Assembly (NCBI GenBank): GCA_963663235.2
Contig: CAXXNO010000007.1
Coordinates: 1 to 25,817, forward strand
Origin: Dehalococcoidia bacterium
GTDB lineage: Bacteria; Chloroflexota; Dehalococcoidia; Bin125
DNA length: 25,817 bases
Direction of reading: 5' to 3'
Both the position numbers and the translations under genes were made by a program. Below are positions 1 through 7,553 of this stretch, piece after piece. Every line of letters begins with the position of its first letter. Within the stretch, counting starts at the first letter, position 1. A model generated the notes under the pieces. The model made no database searches. It worked only from the letters and a program-made list of their open reading frames with translations, and had not been told where the DNA came from.

Positions 1-182
1 TTCAGCCGCTTGGCCGGGTCGACCCGCAGCCCCCCGTCCTCCCGCCGCCAGCGGTAATACGTTGGCTCGGCCACGCCGAGGCGGCGCGCGACCGGCGCGA
101 CCGATTCCCCCGGCGCGAGCACCCCCTCCGCCTCCCGCAGGTGGCCGATGATCTCCTCGGCCGCGTACCGCTTGCGTGCCAT
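1..182 (-). CDS. IS3-family transposase OrfA, N-terminal part (runs off the window)
   Basis: Hand translation from ATG 182 (AAGGGAG upstream): MARKRYAAEEIIGHLREAEGVLAPGESVAPVARRLGVAEPTYYRWRREDGGLRVDPAKRL, an OrfA HTH with TYYRWR. Absent from the ORF track. Confidence 0.88.
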   Translation of the reverse strand, partial: MARKRYAAEEIIGHLREAEGVLAPGESVAPVARRLGVAEPTYYRWRREDGGLRVDPAKRL

Positions 183-249
183 GCCGACTCCCTTCGCACC
201 GGCCCGAATCCTCGCACAGGATCTGGACCGGTTCTGGGGGGGCAGGTCA
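1..249 (-). mobile_element. IS3-family insertion sequence (IS407-group-like), left end; continues off the window
   Basis: Minus strand from 249 reads TGACCTGCCCCCCCAGAACCGG, matching the TGACCTGCCCCC terminus I recall for IS407-group elements, and is followed by an orfA-like gene. Confidence 0.85.
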
Positions 250-369
250 CTGCAGCGGTGCCCCTCGCAGATCGCTCTCCTGCGCGGAGGCGGGCGCGCT
301 GCGTCCCGCCGCCGCCACGAGGCCGATGCCCAGCGCCAGCGCTGCGACGGCGAGAACGAATCGATACAT
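247..369 (-). pseudogene. 5' fragment of a secreted protein gene truncated by the IS
   Basis: MYRFVLAVAALALGIGLVAAAGRSAPASA-QESDLRGAPLQ* is a Sec-type signal peptide with an AxA site; the TGA stop is the first three bases of the IS terminus. Confidence 0.7.
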
Positions 370-479
370 AGGCGCTGTGACCAGCCCTCTCCCGGCGCCG
401 CTTCCCCGGCATCCGTCGGCGGATGGCCGGGGCCGTAGTCTTGCGGAACTGTCGGCGCTTGGCAATGCGGCAGCGGATC

Positions 480-1559
480 TCAGAGCGAGATTAGCGCCAC
501 GCCCCCCACCGCAATGGGGATTCCCACGGCCACCCAGATGGTGAGGCGCTCTCCCAGGAAGATGACCCCCAGCGGCAGCGCCATCAGCGGCGACGTCGAG
601 ACCAGCACCGCCGCCGGCCCCGGCCCGATCGTTTGCAGGGAGTAGACCAGCAGGATCGCGCCGATCCCCATCGCCAAAAATCCAGACCCGATGATCACGG
701 CTACGCCGCGGCGCGTCAGCGACCGACGTCGCACCGCGCTATTCCGTCGCAGCGATGCCAGCAGCAGCAGCGCGATGGCCGCTGCGGGCATCCGCACGGC
801 CATGACCGCCGTCGCGTTGAACCCTTCCGAGGTGCCGCGCGTCCACACCGAATCGATCGACCAGGCCAGCCCCGCCAGCGATGCCACCAACAGCCCCACC
901 GCCACGCGTGGCACCAGCCACTGGACGATCGGGAGACGGATCGCGGCGGCGACTGTCACCCCGCCCCCGCGGATCGCAGTCCAGCCCGCCGCGCTCTGGG
1001 GAGGCGTCAGCACCGCGGTCGGTGCCAGCTGCCCGCTCCCGCCGGCGATCAGCACCGGCTCCGCCCGCCGGCGACGGAGCCCGCCTCGCTTCGACGGCCC
1101 ATCCCGGCCCGATCCCACCCCTGGCCCCTGCTTCCGGCCGTGCACGACGACCAAGTACACCCCCGCGAGCACCGCCACCGACCCCAGCGCAATCTGCACC
1201 GACACCGATTCGCCCAGGAACACCACCGCCAGCACGTACGCGCTCAGCGCGTACAGCCCCAGGACCGTGGTCAACGCCCGCGTCATCCCCAGCAGCAAGA
1301 TCGCGACGACGTACAGCGGATCGCCAATGCCCAGCCCCACCAGGATCGCGCCGTTGAACTGCAACAGTTTGCCGACGCTCATGCGTCCCACGTCGTCTGA
1401 CGCGCTCAAGACGAACAACGCCGCGAGCAGGAAGAGCGAGCCGGCCACCGCTCGCAGGCCCCCCATCGAGAGCGCATCGATCCGCTTCGATTGCGACCCC
1501 ACCAGCGTCGCCGCGACCGCGAAGGCCGCCGCGGTCCCCAGCGCTGCGGCGACGCCCAC
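480..1559 (-). CDS. DMT/EamA family transporter
   Basis: Two hydrophobic EamA halves ending in VFLGESVS and IFLGERLT; AGGAGG SD 8 nt before the GTG. Confidence 0.9.
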   Translation of the reverse strand: MGVAAALGTAAAFAVAATLVGSQSKRIDALSMGGLRAVAGSLFLLAALFVLSASDDVGRMSVGKLLQFNGAILVGLGIGDPLYVVAILLLGMTRALTTVLGLYALSAYVLAVVFLGESVSVQIALGSVAVLAGVYLVVVHGRKQGPGVGSGRDGPSKRGGLRRRRAEPVLIAGGSGQLAPTAVLTPPQSAAGWTAIRGGGVTVAAAIRLPIVQWLVPRVAVGLLVASLAGLAWSIDSVWTRGTSEGFNATAVMAVRMPAAAIALLLLASLRRNSAVRRRSLTRRGVAVIIGSGFLAMGIGAILLVYSLQTIGPGPAAVLVSTSPLMALPLGVIFLGERLTIWVAVGIPIAVGGVALISL

Positions 1560-1698
1560 TCTTCATTCCTCCTGCCCCGCTCCCTCTCAGCCTACCGGCG
1601 CGCGCGGCCGCACGCCGCCGGCTGCAAGAACCGTCCGCCCTCGCCTGCGCTGCTCGCCTCGCCTCGTGCCCTCGGGCCGCCGTATCCCGCGGCCACGC

Positions 1699-2613
1699 TC
1701 AACGGGTGATCGGAATGTGCTGTTGGTACCACTCCAGCGCGTGCCCCAGCGCCACGCTCTTGCCGGGCTCGGTGTAGAAGTCGAGTTCGGTGTACGGGAG
1801 CAGCACCAGCTTCTTCGGTTCGTTCGCTTTCTTGTACGTGTCTTGAATGTGCTCCAGCAGGTGCATCACGTCCCAGCCCGATGTCGTGATGATCAGCAAG
1901 GCCCGCGGCCCGATGTGCTGGACCACGTCCTCCGGGTTGAATTCCATGACCTTCTCGACCGACTCCAACGTGATCTCCAGGTCGTTGACCACCGGCGCCC
2001 GCCCCAGCTTCTGCATGATCGCCTCGAACGCCTCAATCGTCCGATCCGGCATCGGCAGCGCCGCCCGACGGCTCCGCCCGGTCGAGGGGATGCGCTCGCT
2101 TTCGCCGGTTTCGTAACGCCGCTTGCGGTCGCCCTCCAGCCGGTCCAGCAGTTCTTCCCACTGTGCGCTGGTGCGGATCGCCTGCATCCAGCGCCGCCCG
2201 TTCACCACCGGCGCCACCGCCACCGTCGCCTTGATCCGTCGGTCCACCCCCGCCGTGTAGATCGCCAGCGCCCCGCCCAGGCTCGCCCCCCAGAACCCGA
2301 TCTGCTCTGGGTCCACCTCCGCACGGCTCTGCAGGTAGCTGACGCCGTTGCGGATGTCCTCGGCCTCTGCCAGCGGGAACAATTGCCCCCGCGGCTCGCC
2401 CTCGCTCTCCCCGAACGTCCGGTAGTCGATCGCCAGCGTCACGTAGCCCGCCTTACGGAAGTGCTCCGCCTCATCCGCCAGCGACTGCCTGGTGATGCTG
2501 AACCCGTGCCCCAGCACGATCCCCGGTCGCCTTTCGCCCGGCCGCAGCCCGTCCGGGAGAAAGAGGTCGGCGGCGCAGTGCACGCCTCCACTCTTGAACT
2601 TGATCGTCGGCAT
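1699..2613 (-). CDS. Alpha/beta-fold hydrolase (peptidase S15/S9-like)
   Basis: True start likely ATG 2613 (MPTIKFKSGG). Motifs GIVLGHGF, DYRTFGESEGEPRG, nucleophile elbow WGASLGG and C-terminal EPKKLVLLP. The ORF-track extension to 3297 is antisense to the neighbouring DMT gene. Confidence 0.9.
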   Translation of the reverse strand: MPTIKFKSGGVHCAADLFLPDGLRPGERRPGIVLGHGFSITRQSLADEAEHFRKAGYVTLAIDYRTFGESEGEPRGQLFPLAEAEDIRNGVSYLQSRAEVDPEQIGFWGASLGGALAIYTAGVDRRIKATVAVAPVVNGRRWMQAIRTSAQWEELLDRLEGDRKRRYETGESERIPSTGRSRRAALPMPDRTIEAFEAIMQKLGRAPVVNDLEITLESVEKVMEFNPEDVVQHIGPRALLIITTSGWDVMHLLEHIQDTYKKANEPKKLVLLPYTELDFYTEPGKSVALGHALEWYQQHIPITR

Positions 2614-2808
2614 TGGTGTGTCCCTTCGCTTTGATGGTGCCGGGATCCTAAGCGTCGCCACTCGGCCTGGCAAACTGCACCGGCCGTCCCCTCGGCGATG
2701 CCCCTGTACACTGGCGGCGCCCGTCCTGCGGTGCCGCCCCGCCGCGCGACGCCTGCTGCTCGCGCCCGCCCAGCCGGGCGCGTCGGCCCACTCAGTGCGG
2801 CGGCGGAG

Positions 2809-3768
2809 GTGGACCAGACCGTGGGGATCGCCGTTGCCTTGGCGGGCGCCGCCAGCTGGGCTGTCTCCAGCGCCTTGCTCGCCTCCCAATCCCGCCGGGT
2901 CGATTCCCTCACCGCAAGCCTCCTGCGCCTTTTCGTGGCGGTGCTCTTCTACATCCCGGTCATCTTTGCTTTCGGCGCGCAAACGGAATTCGCCCGCATG
3001 GACGCCGGAGATCTCAGCCAGCTCATCGCCAGCGGCATCCTCGCCTTGGCGCTCGGGGAAACCCTCTACACCGCTGCCATCGCCACGATTGGCCTGACCC
3101 GTGCCTTCACCACGGTCATCGCCGTCTACAACTTCTCCGCCTTTCTGCTGGCGGCGATCTTCATCGGCGAGTCCGTGAGCGTGAAGATCATCCTCGGCTC
3201 GCTGCTGGTGATCGCCGGCGTGTACGTGGTCGTCATCTACGGTCGGCCCCGCTCTCAACGGCCCGGTCCCGACTCCGCCGCGCCGGCCACCGCGCACTCC
3301 CAGGTCGAGGTCCGTCTCCCGCTCCTCGGGCGCTTGACCCCCAGGTTCGGCCTGGGCGTGGCCTTGGCCCTCCTCACCGGGCTCGTCTGGGGCATCTCCG
3401 CCGTCTGGTTGCGCAGCGCCGCCGACGGCTTTGACGCCGCCGCCGTCGGAGCGATACGGATCCCCGGCGCGGCCGCCGTCGTCTTGCTGGCCGTAGCCGT
3501 CCAGCCGGAGTCCAGCCTGCGCCGCCGCTCGTTCATGGGTCGCCCGCTCGTCGTCCTGGCCCTCTCCGGTGTCCTGGCGAATGGGCTCGGCAGTTTTGCC
3601 TTCGTTTTCGCGCTGGGAGAGATCGGGGCTGGCCAGACGGTCCTGCTCTACTCCTCCGCGCCCCTAATCGCGCTCCCGCTCGGCGCAATCTTCCTCAGAG
3701 AGAGCGTCACGCGTTGGGTGGTGGCGGGCACCCTCCTCGCGGTCGCGGGCATCATGCTGATCGCCTAG
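2809..3768 (+). CDS. DMT/EamA family transporter (paralog of 480..1559)
   Basis: Two EamA halves (IFIGESVS; LPLGAIFLRESVT). Start GTG 2809 or GTG 2821 with GGAGGT nearby. Confidence 0.9.
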   Translation: MDQTVGIAVALAGAASWAVSSALLASQSRRVDSLTASLLRLFVAVLFYIPVIFAFGAQTEFARMDAGDLSQLIASGILALALGETLYTAAIATIGLTRAFTTVIAVYNFSAFLLAAIFIGESVSVKIILGSLLVIAGVYVVVIYGRPRSQRPGPDSAAPATAHSQVEVRLPLLGRLTPRFGLGVALALLTGLVWGISAVWLRSAADGFDAAAVGAIRIPGAAAVVLLAVAVQPESSLRRRSFMGRPLVVLALSGVLANGLGSFAFVFALGEIGAGQTVLLYSSAPLIALPLGAIFLRESVTRWVVAGTLLAVAGIMLIA

Positions 3769-3974
3769 CGCACGCTGGCTACACTGGCCCTCACCGCGCG
3801 GGTGAGCCGGACGACGACTGGAGCGGAGCACGCAATGAGCAGGTGGATCGATAAGGTGACCGTCGGCGCGACGCTGGACCGCGCGGCGGAGCGCTTCGCG
3901 GACCTCGAAGCGCTTGCGTTCAAAGGGCAACGCTGGACCTTCGCGGAGCTCAAGGCCGACTGCGACCACGCCGC
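3757..3974 (+). repeat. 218-bp imperfect direct repeat, copy 1 (partner 5780..5997)
   Basis: Manual alignment at offset 2023 gives 8 mismatches (3786, 3793, 3795, 3796, 3855, 3858, 3870, 3968) and no gaps. Confidence 0.95.
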
Positions 3975-3981
3975 TATCTAG
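3835..3981 (+). pseudogene. Truncated 48-aa duplicate of the N-terminus of the acyl-CoA ligase at 5858
   Basis: MSRWIDKVTVGATLDRAAERFADLEALAFKGQRWTFAELKADCDHAAI*, identical to the ligase for 44 aa. Confidence 0.9.
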
Positions 3982-4043
3982 GGCGGCCCAATCAAGGGCC
4001 TCACACCTCAGATTTACGAGGCAGTCTGGTCTGGAGAGCCGCG

Positions 4044-4226
4044 ATGACGACTACCACGACCTCGATCCAATCGTGTGACCATTGCGGCTCCCGATGCATC
4101 ACCTCAGCGTTGACGGCCTGTGGCCTGCGACTCTGTGCCGATTTCGCAGACCCGTACTCCTGTGCGTTGCGCCATCGTTGCGCCGTCTGCTTGGCAGCTG
4201 ACGCCGAAGCCGACGGCGTGGCCTGA
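4044..4226 (+). CDS. Small Cys-rich hypothetical protein (possible zinc finger)
   Basis: 60 aa with CDHC...C...C...C...C..HRCAVC; GGAGAG SD upstream; stop overlaps the next ATG (TGATG). Confidence 0.55.
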   Translation: MTTTTTSIQSCDHCGSRCITSALTACGLRLCADFADPYSCALRHRCAVCLAADAEADGVA

Positions 4227-4351
4227 TGTCCTACACCGATCCCGAGTTCGCTGCTCTCCGGGCGCTCATGCCGGCCCGCATCCTCGCGGCATTCGGCATC
4301 GACGCACGCGACCTACTAAACGAGCACCAACGCGTCGACCGCAAGGCTTAG
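4226..4351 (+). CDS. 41-aa hypothetical protein
   Basis: Hand translation MSYTDPEFAALRALMPARILAAFGIDARDLLNEHQRVDRKA*; coupled by TGATG; below the ORF-track cutoff. Confidence 0.45.
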   Translation: MSYTDPEFAALRALMPARILAAFGIDARDLLNEHQRVDRKA

Positions 4352-4363
4352 AACGAGGCCCCC

Positions 4364-4600
4364 ATGGAAGCTGTTTTTTTCATTATCGTCTTCGCCATCT
4401 GGATCGCTCCGATGCTTATCCTCCTGCTTATCGCGATGAATAAGGGTCGCTCCAAACACTTCGCCTGGTGGGCCGTCGGTAGTTGGCTGGGGTTCTTGAT
4501 CGGAGCGATTATCATGCTCCTGGGGCCAACGGAACGGCGCGGGCCCGGCCCTGGAGAAGCGGAGGTCGAGAGGCGCGGCGACCGTCGCTCTGACCTGTAG
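4364..4600 (+). CDS. Small two-TM membrane protein
   Basis: Two hydrophobic helices around IAMNKGRS...W; GAGG SD. Confidence 0.7.
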   Translation: MEAVFFIIVFAIWIAPMLILLLIAMNKGRSKHFAWWAVGSWLGFLIGAIIMLLGPTERRGPGPGEAEVERRGDRRSDL

Positions 4601-4609
4601 GAAACGGCA

Positions 4610-4777
4610 ATGACAACACCAGAAGAGTTCGACAAGCAACGGCGGCTCGATCTTGCCAAGGTCGGTACATCACAAACACCTGCTCGGGGGCACAAGCCGC
4701 TGAGGTCCAGCCAGGGGCGCTGGCGGGGGATGGCGCGGTGCGATCCGGAGATGCCGGCGGCCCGGAGTGATCCGTGA
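4610..4777 (+). CDS. 55-aa hypothetical ORF or gene fragment
   Basis: AGGA upstream of ATG, 9 nt after the previous stop; begins MTTPEEFDKQRRLDLAKVG, and the C-terminal half looks non-coding. Confidence 0.3.
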   Translation: MTTPEEFDKQRRLDLAKVGTSQTPARGHKPLRSSQGRWRGMARCDPEMPAARSDP

Positions 4778-4866
4778 GGATGCAGAGCACGTGTTGTCGG
4801 AGACGCTAGAGTAATCTCGTGCCTCCCCTTGAGACCGCCACGCCGCCGTTCGCCTGCGCCGTCAGG

Positions 4867-5541
4867 ATGTCGATAGACCGCCTCCTGGGAGCAGGGACCG
4901 CACTGTTGCTCATCGCCATGGTGACGCTGCTCGTTGCCGCGTGCGGGGATGGGGGCGACAACGGTGCGTCAGCCCAAGAGCGGGCGGAGCGGATGTTGCT
5001 GACGCTCGCGGATCTGCCGGACGGGTGGTTCATTGACGCGTTCCGGGAGGAGGTCGCGCCGCCCCTCGGGCTGGCGTCGGCCCTGTCCGATTTGCGGGTG
5101 ACGGGCACGGCGGAATCCCCGTTCTTTGTGAGGGGGTTGACGCCCACCGCGCGGCACATCGCCCTGATCCTGGAGAGCGAAGGGGACGCGGCGGTGGCGT
5201 TCCAGCGGATCGCGGGGCAGGACGTGGGCCGAGTGGCGGCGGAGATCTTCAAGACGCGGGTCGAGACGCTGGGCGAGCAGGACTTCCGCGCAGGGGCGAC
5301 GGTCACCATCGGACCGAGTGGGACGAGACCGTTCCTGCGGCTCGGGGACGAGTCCGCGCTGTTCCGGGGGATGGTGACGCTGGAGGTGGAGGGAACAATG
5401 ACTCCCGTATTCCTCGACGTCGCGCTGATCCGTCGGGGGCGAGCGGTGAGCTTGATCCACTTCAGCGGGTTTCTGGTCCCGCCACCGGCCGCGGTGGTGG
5501 AGATGATCGCGGAGCTGCTGACGCAGCGGATGGAGCCGTAG
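4867..5541 (+). CDS. Lipoprotein of unknown function
   Basis: Start likely ATG 4867; hydrophobic signal with lipobox LVAA-C followed by GDGGD; motifs LLTLADLPDGW and LGDESALFR. Confidence 0.8.
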   Translation: MSIDRLLGAGTALLLIAMVTLLVAACGDGGDNGASAQERAERMLLTLADLPDGWFIDAFREEVAPPLGLASALSDLRVTGTAESPFFVRGLTPTARHIALILESEGDAAVAFQRIAGQDVGRVAAEIFKTRVETLGEQDFRAGATVTIGPSGTRPFLRLGDESALFRGMVTLEVEGTMTPVFLDVALIRRGRAVSLIHFSGFLVPPPAAVVEMIAELLTQRMEP

Positions 5542-5608
5542 CCAGGCCGCTCTCCACGAACCCCATCAGAGGGCGTTGGTGGGCGATTTGGGGCAGCGGA
5601 TCGAGAGA

Positions 5609-5779
5609 CTAGGTGTCTCCGGCATACGGATCGGGAGGCGTCTGCGCCTGGGCCAGTGCCTTGCAGCCCTTGGCTGTGAGCCCGTAGACCCGACGATGCG
5701 GCACAGTGGACGTATCCCAGTGGCCGGACAGATGCCCCATATCCTCAAGGTGTTTGACGGCGCGGGCGACCGTCCCTTT
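5609..5779 (-). pseudogene. C-terminal half of a PadR-like winged-helix regulator
   Basis: Hand translation KGTVARAVKHLEDMGHLSGHWDTSTVPHRRVYGLTAKGCKALAQ...* resembles the PadR pattern GTxYxxLxxLExxG...W...RRxYxLTxxG. Upstream the frame enters repeat copy 2 and meets a stop with no start codon. Confidence 0.65.
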
Positions 5780-5997
5780 CTGATCGCCTAGCGCACGCTG
5801 GCTACACTAGCCCTCGCAACGCGGGTGAGCCGGACGACGACTGGAGCGGAGCACGCAATGAGCAGGTGGATCGATAAAGTCACCGTCGGCGCCACGCTGG
5901 ACCGCGCGGCGGAGCGCTTCGCGGACCTCGAAGCGCTTGCGTTCAAAGGGCAACGCTGGACCTTCGCGGAGCTCAAGGCCGACTGCGACCGCGCCGC
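5780..5997 (+). repeat. 218-bp imperfect direct repeat, copy 2
   Basis: Partner of 3757..3974; contains the last DMT codons and stop, a TACACT -10-like hexamer, the GGAG SD and the ligase 5' end. Confidence 0.95.
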
Positions 5998-7492
5998 CCG
6001 CGGGCTGATGGCCGCCGGCGTGCAACCGGGAGACAAGGTCGCCTTGTGGTTGGATAACCGCCCCGAGTGGATGCACCTCCTCTTCGCCGTCGCCAAGGTC
6101 GGGGCGGTGCTGGTGCCCGTCAACACCCGCTTCCGCACCTCCGACTTGGAGTATGTGCTGCGCCAGTCCGACAGCGCCACGCTGATCATCGCCGACCGCT
6201 CAGGCCCCGTCGACTACCTCGCCATGGTCCGCGAGTTGATCCCCGAGTTGGCCGCCACCGCCGATGCGGACGCCCTCCGCGCCGGCGGCTTTCCCGATCT
6301 GCGCCGCGTGATCGTGCTCAGCGACGCTTCGTATGACGGCACGCACCGCTGGGACGACCTCCTCGTCGCCGGCGAACGGATCGCGCCCGAGGAGCAGGCC
6401 GCCCGCGGGCAGGCCGTCGACCCCGACGCCACGACGATCATGATGTATACCTCCGGCACCACCGGCTTTCCCAAGGGCGTGATGCACAATCATGACCAGA
6501 TCCGCAACGTTGCGGACCAGGCCAGCCGCGGCGCAATCCGCACCCGCGACGCGATCCTCACCTACCTGCCCCTCTTCCACGCCTTCGGGTTGTACGAGGG
6601 GCCGTACATGTCCGTCGTCAGCGGCGCGCGCCAAGTGTTGATGGACCGCTTCGACCCCGCCGAGGCCCTGCGCCTCATCGAGGCCGAAAAAATCACCATC
6701 ATCCACGGCTTCGACACCCACTTCCGCGAGATCATGGAGCATCCCGATTGCGAGAGCACGGACCGCTCCACCCTTCGCTGGGGCATCTGCGCCTCCGGGC
6801 TCCCCAACGTGGAGCCGACGGTCCGGCGCGTCCAGGAGCTCCTCATGCCCTCCGTCAGCGGATACGGCATGACCGAGCTGCACGCCTGCGCCGCCCAGAG
6901 CTTCCCCTCCGACAGCCAGGAGGATCGCTGCACCATGTCCGGCGCTCCCATGCCCGGCTACGACTTCAAGGTCGTCGACCCCGACACCGGCCGCCCCGTG
7001 CCCAACGGCGCCCCCGGGGAGCTCCTCGTGCGCGGCTACGGTGTGATGCAGGGCTACTACAAGAAGCCCGACGAGACCGCCAAGGCCATCGACGCCGACG
7101 GCTGGATGCACACCGGCGACCGCGCCCTCAAGCGCGATGACGAGACCGTCCGCTTCCTCGGTCGCTACAAGGACATGCTCAAGGTCGGCGGCGAGAACGT
7201 CGATGCCGCCGAGGTCGAGGCGCTCCTGCTCACCCACCCGGCCGTGAGTCACGTCGCCGTGGTGGGCGTCCCGGACCCTCGCTTGCACGAAGTCGGCTGC
7301 GCCTGCGTCCGCCTCCAGCCGGGCGGGGAGATCACCACCGACGACCTCTTCGCCTACTGCAAGGGCAAGGTCGCCACCTTCAAGATCCCCCAGCACGCCC
7401 TCTTCATGGCGGAATTCCCCATGACCTCCAGCGGCAAGGTGCAAAAGTTCAAGCTGCGTGAGATCGCCCTGGAAGAACTGGGCTTGGCCTAG
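5858..7492 (+). CDS. AMP-binding acyl-CoA synthetase (fatty-acid--CoA ligase family)
   Basis: Motifs YTSGTTGFPKG, GYGMTE, HTGD, GRYKDMLKVGGENV and PMTSSGKVQK; ATG 5858 with GGAG SD. Confidence 0.95.
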   Translation: MSRWIDKVTVGATLDRAAERFADLEALAFKGQRWTFAELKADCDRAARGLMAAGVQPGDKVALWLDNRPEWMHLLFAVAKVGAVLVPVNTRFRTSDLEYVLRQSDSATLIIADRSGPVDYLAMVRELIPELAATADADALRAGGFPDLRRVIVLSDASYDGTHRWDDLLVAGERIAPEEQAARGQAVDPDATTIMMYTSGTTGFPKGVMHNHDQIRNVADQASRGAIRTRDAILTYLPLFHAFGLYEGPYMSVVSGARQVLMDRFDPAEALRLIEAEKITIIHGFDTHFREIMEHPDCESTDRSTLRWGICASGLPNVEPTVRRVQELLMPSVSGYGMTELHACAAQSFPSDSQEDRCTMSGAPMPGYDFKVVDPDTGRPVPNGAPGELLVRGYGVMQGYYKKPDETAKAIDADGWMHTGDRALKRDDETVRFLGRYKDMLKVGGENVDAAEVEALLLTHPAVSHVAVVGVPDPRLHEVGCACVRLQPGGEITTDDLFAYCKGKVATFKIPQHALFMAEFPMTSSGKVQKFKLREIALEELGLA

Positions 7493-7553
7493 CGCGGCGT
7501 GCGACGATCGCCGCTGACGCCCGCTGCGGCCCCGATGCCGGAAGGCCCTGGCG

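Larger units (their letters stand above)
3975..5779. mobile_element. Repeat-bounded inserted segment (remnant island), no integrase visible
   Basis: Lies between the two repeats; composition differs from the flanks; contains micro-ORFs and gene fragments. Confidence 0.65.

Noticed and set aside
2-412. 136-aa minus-strand ORF, and an apparent frameshift in orfA
   Set aside because: It is an off-frame reading across the IS junction; recounting the G-run shows orfA is in frame to the window edge.
691-2634. 647-aa plus-strand ORF
   Set aside because: Antisense shadow of the DMT and hydrolase genes; no motifs; expected in GC-rich DNA.
3979-4047. TAG read-through (pyrrolysine or recoding) extending the truncated ligase
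   Set aside because: The frame stays open for only 21 more codons, with no ligase similarity and no recoding machinery in the window.
3757-5997. Repeat pair as a diversity-generating retroelement TR/VR
   Set aside because: Mismatches are not adenine-specific (they include G/C swaps and go in both directions), the repeat covers a 5' end, and no reverse transcriptase is present.
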